Positions 26,691-41,066 of a stretch of 64,000 bases of DNA are shown in pieces. The stretch covers positions 24,490,001-24,554,000 of the forward strand of contig OZ024759.1 in NCBI GenBank assembly GCA_964016885.1. Direction: 5' to 3'. The stretch is from Eledone cirrhosa. Lineage: Eukaryota. Both the position numbers and the translations under genes were made by a program. Numbering within the stretch: the stretch's first letter is position 1; each line of letters starts with the position of its first letter. The notes beneath the pieces were generated by a model that was not told the origin of the DNA, searched no databases, and saw only the letters and a program-made list of their open reading frames with translations.

Positions 26691-27402
26691 ATATATATAT
26701 TGTTTTACTTGGGGAGGGTCATCTTGTTGTAATAATATTGCCAGAAATAATAACAGAACACACTCACTGTTTGGTTGGTTTTCGCTTCTGTATCTTTTAT
26801 ATCTCCACAGTTAATTCATTTGGTCCCCAAATACAGATATAATATAGATATAAAGACATTTATATAGACTGACAAAGTTCTTTCGTTGCACATCTGCAAC
26901 ATCATCAGTGGTGCTATTATGTTCCTCCTGTTGTATTGTATGTCTACGCCATTTTTATTTTATTATATATACATTCATAGCTATTATCACTTTGACTTAC
27001 TCAGATTATGGTGGCGAATTGGCAGAGTCGTTACAACGTTGGATAGAATGCTTCTCATCCATTTATGGTCGATAACAAATGTACCAGTCAAGTACTGGGG
27101 TCGATTCTTCCTCTATATCTCTTACTCACTTCCTCTCTATCACCGTAGTTTGCTAAGCTCAACTTTGCTTTTCATCCATTCAACGCCCAACATTGACCAT
27201 TTCCCCAGAATGTAAGAATGATCAAAATTCTGACCTAATTTTTAGGCACTTATACGAGTTACATATGCATACATATAATTATTATTCAATATGTTAGTAG
27301 AGTATAGGCATATTTATTTTATTATCGAAATGACTGTTTCATTCGTGCGAAATCATACAGTTCTCCTATAGAAATCAAATAATAATATATATAAATGGTA
27401 TA

Positions 27403-27809
27403 AAACCGCTTCGGTCCCCAATGACCATGGGATTTGCAACCAAGAGAAATCTCCTCCGAGACACAAGTCCGGGTAAAGTTGTTTGTGGAAGACCAGCAGT
27501 CGCCCATACATACCAGCTTCCTGTCTCTATGCCACCGATGTTGTCCAAGGGAAAGGCAATGGCCGATACAGCTTGGCACCAGTGACGTCACAACTCATAT
27601 ATACTATATATACACTATGTGCAGTATATATACACAATGTATGTTGTCCAAGGGAAAGACAATGGCCGATACAGCTTTGCACCAGTGACCAGTAAATTGG
27701 AGCAACGTGAAATAAGGTGTCTTGCTCAAGAACACAACGCAAAGCTCGGTCTGAGAATCGAACTCACAACCTCACGATTGCAAGCCCAATGCTCTAACCA
27801 CGAAGCCAT

Positions 27810-27812
<3 letters not shown>
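27403..27812 (-). mobile_element. tRNA-derived CORE-like SINE family B with an internal ~50-bp duplication
   Basis: Minus-strand head TGGCTTCGTGGTTAGAG...GAGTTCGATTC, then GTGTTCTTGAGCAAGACACC; duplicated block near 27538 and 27641. Confidence 0.85.
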
Positions 27813-27880
<68 letters not shown>

Positions 27881-28054
27881 CATACATACATCAGACAGAC
27901 ACACATGCATACATATATATAAAGGCAGTAGATGGAACTTTGAACTGTGAGAAGGAAAGACATTTACAGAGAATGGTGCACGGAAGTTGCCATTGAGATA
28001 ATTTAGTCAAATGTCCATACATACATACATGCATGTGTGTGTATATATATATAT

Positions 28055-28219
28055 ATATAAGATCAAAAGATGGTTAAAAGAGTTCCATGTATTTTATTAT
28101 GCGCATTTCAAAAACAAATATCATCATGCGATAACATTTGCGTTTTCGTCAGATAAAATAGGGAGACACGATATGAAGGTTAAAAAACACTTGGGAATAG
28201 TGCAGTTTTAAATCAACAT

Positions 28220-28277
<58 letters not shown>

Positions 28278-28403
28278 ATCAAAAGATGGTTAAAAGAGTT
28301 CGATCTTATATATTATGTATACTCCAGTCCGACAAACTGTAGAGTGCTTCTTATCCGATATCTGCATTGCTTTATTGTACTACAATAAAACTCACCTCCT
28401 ACA
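28055..28403. mobile_element. Second P2 locus, split by (TA)n; HHR with CUGACGA core at 28090-28160 (minus)
   Basis: Homologous to 5482-5645 and to tail 5790-5885. Confidence 0.85.
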
Positions 28404-28414
28404 TTATATATATA

Positions 28415-28641
28415 TAGAAGTAGAAAGACGATCGACTTTCGTCAAATCGGACCGAGGGAACAATGTTTCCGTTGGTCTTTCCAATTGCTAATACTATCTA
28501 TCGGTCGCAACTCCAGGTAGAAGGAGCAACGTGAAATAAAGTGTCTTGCTCAAGGACATAACGTATCGCCTGATCCAGGAATCGAACTCACAACCTTACG
28601 ATTGCGAATCCAATTCTCTAACCACTCAGCCACACGCCTTC
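28415..28641 (-). mobile_element. SINE family B2 (same head and CORE-like part, different tail)
   Basis: A/B boxes on the minus strand; near-identical inverted copy at 32778-32972. Confidence 0.9.
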
Positions 28642-28849
28642 ATATATATATATGAAAATGGTCAGGACCCTGACAGCTGAGTTCAGGCCGTTTCAAGGAC
28701 TCTGGTGCGTTATGGTCCACCTGATATCTTACCACACTTTCTTTGTAATATATGTATAATTTAATATAGAAATGGCTTCTACAGGACTAGAATTGTTTCA
28801 TTCGAAGGAAATTACCAGGAAAGCGTATATACCCTACTAATGTATTAAC

Positions 28850-28875
28850 TGAACCACCAGTCTCTCTCTCTCCCC

Positions 28876-28908
<33 letters not shown>

Positions 28909-29013
28909 TCTTTAACTCAACCAACAGTCTCTCTATCTCTCTCCCCTCTCTCTCTCTCTCTCTCTCTCCTTCCCTCACTCTTTAACTCAACCAACAGTCT
29001 CTCTATCTCTCTC

Positions 29014-29049
<36 letters not shown>

Positions 29050-29153
29050 CCTCACTCTTTAACTCAACCAACAGTCTCTCTATCTCCCCCCCCCCTCTCT
29101 CTCTCTCTCCCTCCCTCACTCTTTAACTCAACCAACAGTCTCTCTATCTCTCT

Positions 29154-29195
<42 letters not shown>

Positions 29196-29233
29196 CCTCA
29201 CTCTTTAACTCAACCAACAGTCTCTCTATCTCT

Positions 29234-29296
<63 letters not shown>

Positions 29297-29472
29297 CCTC
29301 ACTCTTTAACTCAACCAACAGTCTCTCTATCTCTCTCCCCCCTCTCTCTCTCTCTCTCTCTCTCCCTCCCTCACTCTTTAACTCAACCAACAGTCTCTCT
29401 ATCTCTCCCCCCTCTCTCTCTCTCTCTCCCTCCCTCACTCTTTAACTCAACCAACAGTCTCTCTATCTCTCT

Positions 29473-29512
<40 letters not shown>

Positions 29513-30030
29513 CCTCACTCTTTAACTCAACCAACAGTCTCTCTATCTCTCATTCCCTCTCTCTATTTCTACCGCAACCACCAGTCTCTCTCTCTCTCAC
29601 TGTCACTCCCTCTCTCTCTCCCTCACTCCCTCTCTCTCTATCTCTAACTCAACCACCAGTCTCTCTCTCTCTCTCACTGTCTCTCCCTCTCTCTCTCTCT
29701 ATCTCTACCGCAACCACCAGTCTCTCACTGTCTCTCACTCCCTCTCTCTCTAACTCTAACTCAACCACCAGTCTCTCTCTCTCTCTCACTGTCTCTCCCT
29801 CTCTCTCTCTCTATCTCTACCGCAACCACCAGTCTCTCTCTCTCTCACTCCCTCTCTCTCTATCACTCCCTCTCTCTCTATCTCTAACTCAACCACCAGT
29901 CTCTCTCTCTCTCTCTCTCACTGTCTCTCCCTCTCTCTCTCTCTATCTCTACCGCAATCACCAGTCTCTCTCTCTCTCACTCCCTCTCTCTCTAACTCTA
30001 ACTCAACCACCAGTCTCTCTCTCTCTCACT
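28850..30030. repeat. Compound CT-microsatellite minisatellite
   Basis: 9 copies of CACTCTTTAACTCAACCAACAGTC, then 4+4 alternating CTACCGCAACCACCAG / CTAACTCAACCACCAG, separated by (CT)n. Confidence 0.95.
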
Positions 30031-30074
30031 TCCTCTCTCTCTATATATCTATCTATCTATCTATATATATATCT

Positions 30075-30107
<33 letters not shown>

Positions 30108-30320
30108 CACTACAGCAACTGAGGGACAAAAGAGGTTTAATGACATATTCATTACCCTGGTACTTGATATTGTATAGCCCAGCAGATGTTGGTGAACAAT
30201 TGACCACATCGAAACTACATGCGCATACGCACGCGCACATATACACGCACGCGTTTGCCTGCATCTTTATTTGTACATACATATGCATGCACATATGTAT
30301 GCATGTATGTATGTTTATAT

Positions 30321-30352
<32 letters not shown>

Positions 30353-30431
30353 TAGATACATACATACATATATGAGAATGTGCATGCATTTAAACACACA
30401 CACTCTCCTCGTAACTCCACACACACACACA

Positions 30432-30470
<39 letters not shown>

Positions 30471-30799
30471 GCGCGCGTATATATATATAAATATATTTGC
30501 ATGCAAATATATTTATGTTATATACACACAAAAGCATATATGTACATATAAATGTGTGTATCTGTATGTATGCACATATAAATGTGTGTGTATACATATA
30601 TATATATGTACATAAATGTGTGTGTATATATATGTATGTACATATAAATGTATGTATATGTATGTATGTACATATAAATATGTGTATATGTATGTATGTA
30701 TATAAATGTGTGTGTGTATATATATGTACATATAAATGTGTCTATATGTATATACATATGAATGTGTGTGTATATGTATGCATATATGTATATATGTAT

Positions 30800-32335
30800 G
30801 TATGTATAAATGTAAGTACATATGTATGTAGTATATATGTATGTATGTATATATGTAAGTACATATGTATGTAGTATATGTGTATGTATGTATATATGTA
30901 AGTACATATGTATGTAGTATATATGTATGTATATATGTAAGTACATATGTATGTATGTATGTATGTATGTATATATGTAAGTACATATGTATGTAGTATA
31001 TATATATGTATGTATGTATATATGTAAGTACATATGTATGTAGTATATATCTATGTATATATGTAAGTACATATGTATGTAGTATATATGTATGTATATA
31101 TGTAAGTACATATGTATGTATGTATGTATGTATATATGTAAGTACATATGTATATACATGTATGTATGTATATATGTAAGTACATATGTATATACATACA
31201 TATGTACTTACATATATACATACATTCATATATACATACTACATACATATGTACTTACATATTACATATATACATATATGTATGTAGTATGTATGTATAT
31301 ATGTAAGTACATATGTATGTAGTGTGTATGTATGTATATATGTAAGTACATATGTATGTAGTATGTATATATGTATGTATATATGTAAGTACATATGTAT
31401 GTAGTATGTATATATGTATGTAGTATGTATATATGTGTGTAGTATATATGTATGTAGTATATATGTATGTATATATGTAAGTACATATGTATGTAGTATG
31501 TATATATGTATGTAGTATGTATATATGTATGTATATATGTAAGTAGTATATATGTATGTATGTATATATGTAAGTACATATGTATGTATGTATATATGTA
31601 AGTACATATGTATGTAGTACATATATATGTATATATATATGTAAGTACATATGTATGTAGTATGTATATATATATGTAGTATGTATATATGTATGTATAT
31701 ATGTAAGTACATATGTATGTAGTATGTATATATGTATGTAGTATGTATATATGTATGTATATATGTAAGTAGTATATATGTATGTATGTATATATGTATG
31801 TAGTATGTATGTATTTATATATGTAAGTACATATGTATGTAGTATGTATATATATATGTAGTATGTATATATGTATGTATATATGTAAGTACATATGTAT
31901 GTAGTATGTATATATGTATGTAGTATGTATATATGTATGTATATATGTAAGTAGTATATATGTATGTATGTATATATGTATGTAGTATGTATGTATTTAT
32001 ATATGTAAGTACATATGTATGTAGTATGTATATATATATGTAGTATGTATATATGTATGTATATATGTAAGTACATATGTATGTAGTATGTATATATGTA
32101 TGTAGTATGTATATATGTATGTATATATGTAAGTAGTATATATGTATGTATGTATATATGTATGTAGTATGTATGTATTTATATATGTAAGTACATATGT
32201 ATGTAGTATGTATATATATATGTAGTATGTATATATGTATGTATATATGTAAGTACATATGTATGTAGTATGTATATATGTATGTAGTATGTATATATGT
32301 ATGTATGTATAATGTAAGTACATATGTATGTATGT
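30800..32335. repeat. (TATG)-derived minisatellite with a 182-bp higher-order repeat and an internal inversion
   Basis: ATATGTAAGTACATATGTATGTAGT units; period 182 from ~31640; inverted block at ~31190-31275. Confidence 0.9.
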
Positions 32336-32593
32336 ATACACACCAGGACACACCACATACATCGGTAATTGTTGAGCCTTACATATGACATGTTAGTTAC
32401 AGAAGATGACAATTACCCTACAATTGACAAATTGACACCAGTCCTTCATTAATCAACTTACTCTTAACAACATGTAACTAATGTAAGGGGGCGGGGTAGG
32501 AGGAGAGGAAGTGGAAGGAGGACGAGGAGGGGGGCGAGGAGGAGGAGGAGGGTGTTGATGTGGAGGAGGAGTGCCGCGTGCGCTGGAACAGCG

Positions 32594-32680
<87 letters not shown>

Positions 32681-32733
32681 AGGCTTCTACAAGACTAGAA
32701 CTGTTTCATTCGGGAGAAATCATCAGGAAGCCT
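32681..32733 (-). ncRNA. Complete type I hammerhead ribozyme (family P3)
   Basis: AGGCUUC-CUGAUGA-UUUC(uccc)GAAU-GAAACAG...CUU-GUA-GAAGCCU; perfect 7-bp stem I. Confidence 0.8.
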
Positions 32734-32777
32734 CCGATTGAACCCGGGATAAACTTATATATATATATAGAGAGAGA

Positions 32778-32972
32778 GAATTGTATTCGCAATCGTAAGG
32801 TTGTGAGTTCGATTCCTGGACCAGGCGATGCGTTATGTCCTTGAGCAAGACACTTTATTTCACGTTGCTCCTTCTACCTGGAGTTGCGACCGATAGATAG
32901 TATTAGCAATTGGAAAGACCAACGGAAACATTGTTCCCTCGGTCCGATTTGACAAAAAAGTCGATCGTTCCT
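32778..32972 (+). mobile_element. SINE family B2
   Basis: GAGTTCGATTCC B-box and GTCCTTGAGCAAGACACTT. Confidence 0.9.
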
Positions 32973-32998
32973 TTATATATATATATATATATATATAT

Positions 32999-33140
32999 AA
33001 CAAAGGAATTGTGGTAAGGAACCAGATGGACCATAACGCACCAGAGGACTCAATACTTAGGGTAGTAGAGTGGGAAATAGGAAAAAGTATGACCCCGACG
33101 GCAGAGCTCAAGCCGTTTCGACTGCTATTTCTGGACTAAA
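32999..33140 (-). mobile_element. P1 element, non-palindromic 3' part
   Basis: Tail plus GACCCCGACGGCAGAGCTCAAGCCGTTTCG. Confidence 0.85.
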
Positions 33141-33679
33141 TTGAATAAATACCCGAACTTTGAATAAATACCCGAAGATTGTAGTTGTCAAGAGGATTGG
33201 TTAAACTTTGTTGTAAACACAAATATATATATATATGGTTGATTGAAGTAGTATGTGGTGTTGGGTTGTGGTGAGTAGATACCGTGTTTGTAGTGGGAGT
33301 GAGAGTATGGGTCGTGGTGGTGGTGGTAGTGGTCGGTGTAGTGGTGGTAGAGAGAGTGCTGGCTGTGGTGGTAGTAGTTTTTCATGCGTATGGCTGTTAG
33401 TGGTTGTTAAAGTAGATATAGTGGACATACTAACTGTGGGTGAAGTAGGTGTTATATATATGACTAGTAGTGGTAGTAGGAGTAATAGTTGAGGTAGTAG
33501 TAGGAGTAAGGGTTGTGGTGGTAGTAGGTGTTATATATATGACTAGTAGTGGTAGTAGGAGTAATAGTTGAGGTGGTAGTAGGTGTTATATGTATGACTA
33601 GTAGTGGTAGGAAGAGTAAGGGTTGTGGTGGTAGTAGATATTGTAGTGTTATATGTCTCATGGAAGAACTGTGATGATA

Positions 33680-33750
<71 letters not shown>

Positions 33751-33989
33751 CGATCAGCAATTTAATTCGGTATTCATATAGTCATTACATGCTGATTTTA
33801 CCAGCGGCAGCATTATATAAATTAGCTGGCCTCACTCCCACCTCTCTATACTCCACACTAACTATGCACCTATACAACGTGCATCTCCGTCTTTGGACAT
33901 ACGACCAATTTTCTGTGTTAATTAGCTTCCTTCTAATTCCATGTTGCAGTGTGGCCAAAGTTTAATTTTCTGTTTACTGTTTTCAAAGC

Positions 33990-34122
33990 AAATCTCGCCG
34001 AGGTTAGCTTTGCCTTTCATCCTTACGGGGTCGATAAAATAAAGTACCAGCAGTGCACTGGGGTCGATTTGATCGACTTTTCTCTCCCCTAAAATTGTTC
34101 GCCTTGTGCCTAAATAAGAAAC

Positions 34123-34174
<52 letters not shown>

Positions 34175-34217
34175 GTTGTTATTACTCTTTGAGTCTCAGT
34201 CATTGATGTTAGTTAAC

Positions 34218-34249
<32 letters not shown>

Positions 34250-34410
34250 GTCGGACGCCATGCTTTCCAGCATAGTTACGTCCCTTTACGGTCTGAGTTC
34301 AAACCCCGCCGAGGTTTACTTTGCCTTTCATCCTTACGGGGTCGATAAAATAAAGTACCAGTAATGCACTGGGTAATTGCTGGACTTGTGCCTAAAGTAG
34401 AAACAATTAT
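33990..34410 (+). mobile_element. Two SINE family A copies (33990-34125, 34250-34410) with (ATT)n tails
   Basis: Conserved body; each followed by (TTA)n. Confidence 0.85.
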
Positions 34411-35300
34411 TATTATTATTATTATTATTATTATTTTACTGAGGGTTTAATGTCCAAAATACAGTCGTGGGTAGGCAATTCAAGACCTCCTGATAATAGA
34501 CAGAAAATATTCCTGAAAGCAACACCACCACCATAAACTACAAAACTACCACTAGCAGCACTATTAATATCAGCACCATCAAACACCACCAAAGACACCA
34601 CAACCACCACCAATAACAACAACAACAACAACAACAGCATCACCATCACCAACAACAACACTAACATCATTACCAACAACAAAAACACCACCAACAACAG
34701 CACCATCAACGACAACAACATCAACAACAGCAACAACACCAACAACAAAAATACCACCAACAACAACAACAACAACAACACCACCACCAACAGCAAAAAC
34801 ACCAACAACACAAACAACAACAAAAACGCCTCCACCACCAATAACAACACCAACAACACCAACACCACCACCAACACCAACAACAACACCACCAATAACA
34901 ACACCAACAAAACCAACACCACCACCACCACCACCAACAACAACCCCACCAATAACAACACCAACAACACCAACACCACCACCAGCACCACTTCGTACCA
35001 CCCTGATTCTACATCAGCTGCCTACACCATTTGACTTCTGATATCACCCCCACCTCATTCACCTAGACATTCCCACCCGACACCCTTGCTGTACCCCTCC
35101 TCCCTCACCCCTACCCCCTACACTAGTTTGTATCCCTATGATTGATGACCAGCTTGTGATGAAGACTCTACTCACACATTGTTAGGGATCAGACAGACCC
35201 ATACACACATTGTTAGGGCTCTTGTTCGGCATAAGGAGCATGTGTGTATATACGTGTCTGTATGTGTGTGTATGTGTGTGTGTGTATGTATATATGTGTG

Positions 35301-35353
<53 letters not shown>

Positions 35354-35363
35354 ACATATGTGA

Positions 35364-35430
<67 letters not shown>

Positions 35431-35435
<5 letters not shown>

Positions 35436-35800
35436 CGAATGGGCTCATATTTCTCAACGCATTTGTCTATTCGTTTATGAATGTATGTATGCATGCGTAT
35501 GTGTGTTTGCGTTTGCATGTGTGTGTGTGTGTGTATTTGAATTTATGTGTGTGTGTGTGTGTGTGTATTTGAATTTATGTATGTGTGTGAGTGTGTGTGT
35601 GAACGAACGTACTCATATTTCTCAACGCATTTGTCTATTCGTTTATGAATGTATGTATGCATGCGTATGTGTGTTTGTGTTTGTGTGTGTTTGCATGTGT
35701 GTGTGTATGTGTGTGTATTTGAATTTATGTGTGTGTGAGTGTGTGTGAACGAACGTACTCATATTTCTCAACGCATTTGTCTATTCGTTTATGAATGTAT
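35431..35800. repeat. Triplicated ~60-bp unique block within (GT)n
   Basis: GTGAACGAA...CTCATATTTCTCAACGCATTTGTCTATTCGTTTATGAATG at 35431, 35599 and 35745. Confidence 0.9.
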
Positions 35801-35956
35801 AAATGCATGCATATGTGTTTGTATGTGTGAATGTATGTATGTATGTGTGTGTGTGTATTTATATATATATTTGAGTATGGGCTTATGAATGTATGTTTTA
35901 CGGATACTTGTGTGTGCTTCAGTTTGTGGGTCTATATGTCTTCTTTGGTTGTTTCG

Positions 35957-35992
<36 letters not shown>

Positions 35993-36009
35993 CAGCGTGT
36001 GTGTGTAAG

Positions 36010-36316
36010 AGTGTTGCTGTTATTTAGCCCCACCTCATGCCTCATAGAACAGACATATGATGAAAGATATTCTACCATTACTATACGGTCATTTTAGGGG
36101 GTATTTAGACGTTTACGTAGTTCTCAGGGAGACTCAGTGTGGCACGGTATTTGACTAGACCGGTCATTTGAATTAATGGTATACTCATGTTTGCCAGCTA
36201 AGTGAAGTGGAATAAACGCGAAATAAAGTGTATTATTCACCGTTTGGTCAGGGAATCGAACTCACGTCCTCGGGATCTCAAGGCGAACATCTTAATCGTT
36301 ATGCCCCACACCTTCC
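36010..36316 (-). mobile_element. Old family-B-type SINE
   Basis: GGGAATCGAACTCAC (B-box, minus) and TTTGCCAGCT...GAAATAAAGTGT; related to 63473-63750. Confidence 0.6.
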
Positions 36317-36355
36317 AGACACATGCAATACACATATGCATATATATATATATAT

Positions 36356-36554
36356 AACGAAGGAAATGTGGTAAGGAACCAGGTGGACCATAACGCACCA
36401 AAGTACTCAATACTTAGGGTAGTAGAGTGGGTAATAGGAACGAGTAGGACCCCGACGGCTGAGCTCAAGCCGTTTCGACGGCTAATTCTGGACTCATTAG
36501 TCCAGAATTAGCCGTCGAAACGGCTTGAGCTCAGCCGTCGAGGTCCTACTCGTT

Positions 36555-36558
<4 letters not shown>
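36356..36558 (-). mobile_element. Fold-back P1 element
   Basis: Tail plus ~60-bp arms around CATT (~36496). Confidence 0.85.
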
Positions 36559-36593
<35 letters not shown>

Positions 36594-36643
36594 TAGCTCG
36601 GGCGGGTCGGCTGCAAAAGAACACTTCTGGCTATATATATATA

Positions 36644-36678
<35 letters not shown>

Positions 36679-36849
36679 TTTCCATTTATATATATATTAT
36701 ATATTATATATAGTTGTAGGAATAACCAAAGAGTGCTTAGAAATACATTGTTTTATTAGCTAACAGTGTTTATAACCACTGTGATCTGTGTGTCTGGGCA
36801 TATTGATATATTTTTCAACGAAACTATATATATATATATATATATATAT

Positions 36850-37015
36850 GAAAAAGTATGACCCCGACGGCAGAGCTCAAGCCGTTTCGACGTCTATTTC
36901 TGGACGTCCAGAAATAGCCGTCGAAACTTTTTCATATTTCCAACTCTACTACTCTAAGTATTGAGTACTCTGGTGCGTTATGGTCCATCTGGTTCCTTAC
37001 CACAATTCCTTTGTT
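36850..37015 (+). mobile_element. Fold-back P1 element with internal deletion
   Basis: Centre TGGACGTCCA; tail present. Confidence 0.8.
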
Positions 37016-37131
37016 ATATATATATATATACGGGATAACAAATTATTGTTATAGGTAGTCCACTTAGATGTAGTCCAGTTAGGGTACTCCGAGTAGTAGA
37101 TAGTACTAGCGCTAGGCTCATGAATAACGCA

Positions 37132-37239
37132 TGCTCTGATGAGTAGACTAGTTATAACAAAGTATTGGTGATCGATTGACGCAAAAATAGGCGGCTAGCG
37201 ATCTCTAGACCTACTAGTTCAGAGAAACAATTGTCAGCA
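37132..37239 (+). ncRNA. Type I hammerhead motif with greatly expanded stem II
   Basis: UGCU-CUGAUGA-(~80 nt, GACUAGU/ACUAGUU)-GAAA-CAAUUG-UC-AGCA; stem III palindrome ACAAUUGU. Confidence 0.65.
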
Positions 37240-37423
37240 ATGTGAATAAAGCCCTTATTGTATAGCAAAATAGCAAACCATGTCACTCCTTCTTTCTTGA
37301 TTTATTATATATATATATTTTTATATATATATATATTTCTATATATATATATTTTTTTTTATATATATATATATATATTTTTATATATATATATATATAT
37401 TTTTATATATATATATATATTTT

Positions 37424-37458
<35 letters not shown>

Positions 37459-37625
37459 ATATTTTTATATATATATATATATATTTTTATATATATATAT
37501 ATATATTTTTATATATATATATATATTTTTATATATATATATATATATATTTTTATATATATATATATTTTTATATATATATATATTTTTATATATATAT
37601 ATATATTTTTATATATATTTATATA

Positions 37626-37724
<99 letters not shown>

Positions 37725-38121
37725 GATTGGTGTTTCTGGAGTTAAACGGTTACCATTGTGTTTGTTGCACCTGCTAATTTTATTCTTACATCTTACATAA
37801 GCAGCGACTCCATATCTTGAATAGTTTTGATTTATCGGAACACCTACAGCGACTGGTGATATAAGAGTCGGCTTAGAGACATTTGCAAAAACAACAGTGG
37901 CCAGGAACATGCATATTGTTTGCGAGAATTGCAGTCTGAGCCTCAACATCAACAGTAACCACAAACGGTATCAATAAGAGCAACAATTCAGCTCCTGGGG
38001 AGCAGAACTCACATAGGTGTATTATTGGGATGGTGTGGTGGTAGGACAGTGGTCTGGATAACCGAAAGATGTGGGTTCGACTTCCATGTATGTCGATACT
38101 CATCATTTTCTATTTTTAACA

Positions 38122-38482
38122 AGGGCGGTGGATTGGCAGTGTCGGTAGAGCGTCGGACACCATGCTTTACAGCATAGAGTTATGGCTCTTTACGTTCTGA
38201 GTTCAACTCCCGCGCGGTCGATAAAATAATGCACCAGTAATGCACTGGGGTAATTGCTGGCCTTGTGCCAAAAATAGAAACAATTATATATAGGGCGGTG
38301 GATTGGCAGTATCGGTAGAGGGTCGGACGCCATGCTTTGACGCATTGAGTTACGGCCCTTGCCATTCTGAGTTCAAATCCCGCCGAGGTTAACTTTACCT
38401 TTCATCCTTACGGGGTCGATAAAATAAAGTACCAGTCATGTACTGGGTAATTGCTGGCCTTGTGCCAAATGTAGAAACAATT
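38122..38482 (+). mobile_element. Head-to-tail dimer of SINE family A
   Basis: Two GGGCGGTGGATTGGCAGT heads at ~38122 and ~38293. Confidence 0.9.
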
Positions 38483-39055
38483 ATTATTATTATTATTGTT
38501 GTTGTTGTTATTGATCTTCTTTGCCTTCAATTTCTTCTTCTTCTCCTCCTCCTCCTCTTTTTTCTTCTTCTTTCTTTTCTTCTTTCTATTCTTCTTCTTT
38601 CATTGCTTTCGTTTGACAAAAAAGAAAAAATGTTGCTAGTTATGTTGTAATTGTTATGTTGTCGTTGTTGTTGTTGTTGTAATTATAGTTGTTGTAAATG
38701 TTATTATTGATGCTGTTGTAATTGTTGTTGTTGTGGGTGGTGGTGGTGGTGATGGTGGTGGTGGTGGTGGTGGAGGGTTGGGTTTGTTTTCTTTGTTCCA
38801 CTTCATTTTTTTTATATCTTCCCTCTAATAATTGGCACCGCTAATAACGATGTTAACAATGATAATAATGATAAAAACAACATCGACCAACGACATGAAC
38901 AGCTACAGGTGGGGGAGGGGAGGAGGGGGGCGACTGGGGGAGATGGAGGACGACGACGATGGCGACGACTGAAGAAGAAGAAGTAAAAGAAGAAGAAACG
39001 TAGTTTAGGCTTGTAAACAAGAAAATTTGAAAAAAAAAAAAAATGAAGAAAAGAA

Positions 39056-39123
<68 letters not shown>

Positions 39124-39256
39124 AAAATGTGTGCAAGAAGTAAAGCAAAAAGAATAAAATAGAAGGAGAAATTCCTCATGAAGAAATAAAAAAGGTAAGA
39201 ATTGCTATTTAGATTTGGGAGACGTCTTGATAAGAAAGAACATGTGATATGAATTG

Positions 39257-39314
<58 letters not shown>

Positions 39315-39404
39315 GTATATATATACATATATATACGTATGTATATATAAATATATATAAACGTATATATACGTATATATAAATATATATATACATACAT
39401 ATAC

Positions 39405-39493
<89 letters not shown>

Positions 39494-39601
39494 CACACAC
39501 ACATATATATGCATATGTATGTATATATATATATATATATACGTATGTATATATATGTATATATATACGTATGTATATATATATATATATATACACACAT
39601 T

Positions 39602-39632
<31 letters not shown>

Positions 39633-40065
39633 ATATATACATATATACATTTATATGTATGTGTATATATAATTATATATGCATATATATATATACATAT
39701 ATACACACACACACATATATATGTATCTATATGCATACATACACATATATATATATGTGTGTGTGTGTGTATACACACACACATATATATATGTATCTAT
39801 ATGCATACATATATATACATATATATATACATATATATATATATATGTGTGTGTGTGTATGTGTATATACACACACACGTGATATGAATTGATGGCAGCT
39901 CTAATAGACTATAATAAATAGTTTCACATTTATTAGAAGTGTAATTACCACAATGAAGATATGACTTGTGTTAAAATTACTGACAGCCAACTTACTAGAG
40001 GAGACTGGTGGGTGGACAGGGTGTAGGATGTCAGATTAGACATCTGCAGGTGTGTCTCTGCTCCC

Positions 40066-40318
<253 letters not shown>

Positions 40319-40375
40319 TATATATATATACACATATATATATATATATATATTTTATATATATATATATTATAC

Positions 40376-40410
<35 letters not shown>

Positions 40411-40413
40411 CAG

Positions 40414-40560
<147 letters not shown>

Positions 40561-40577
40561 TATATATATATACACAC

Positions 40578-40609
<32 letters not shown>

Positions 40610-40943
40610 ACTTTATTTTTGTATTTGTTTGCCAAGATTCTTCATTTGAATCAGATATGTTTATTCTTTGGTAGGGCCATGCTGCCAATACAAAACACAC
40701 TAGTTGATTTCACTTCAGTTTAGTAGAAGTTGAGTAAGTTATCCATTCATCGGTTAGTTTAATAACAGGTTAGTTGTTTAACTCTTAACTCTCAAAGCTG
40801 TTTCGTCTCACATCTTGTGACTTACTCAATGACTGTTCTTGCTTCTTTGTGTCTTTACTATTTTAGCTTGTTCTATATAACTCATCTTTTCTTATTCGTG
40901 GATACGTGTAATATGTATATATGTGTGTGTTATTGTGTGTGTA

Positions 40944-40996
<53 letters not shown>

Positions 40997-40997
40997 G

Positions 40998-41066
<69 letters not shown>

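Noticed and set aside
28560-28641. Functional tRNA gene
   Set aside because: The A/B boxes continue into a repeated SINE body and there is no proper cloverleaf. The same applies to 8575, 38025 and 47366.
28850-30030. CRISPR-like repeat/spacer pattern
   Set aside because: The spacers are only (CT)n, the context is eukaryotic and there are no cas genes.
34431-35001. Gly/Val-rich or Thr/Pro/Asn-rich structural protein
   Set aside because: Degenerate (CAA/CAC)n trinucleotide tract without splice or start support. The same applies to 53200-53740.
37797-37994. Minus-strand exon with CCCCAG acceptor and GTAAGA donor
   Set aside because: All three frames contain stops between the splice-like sites, and no product is recognisable.
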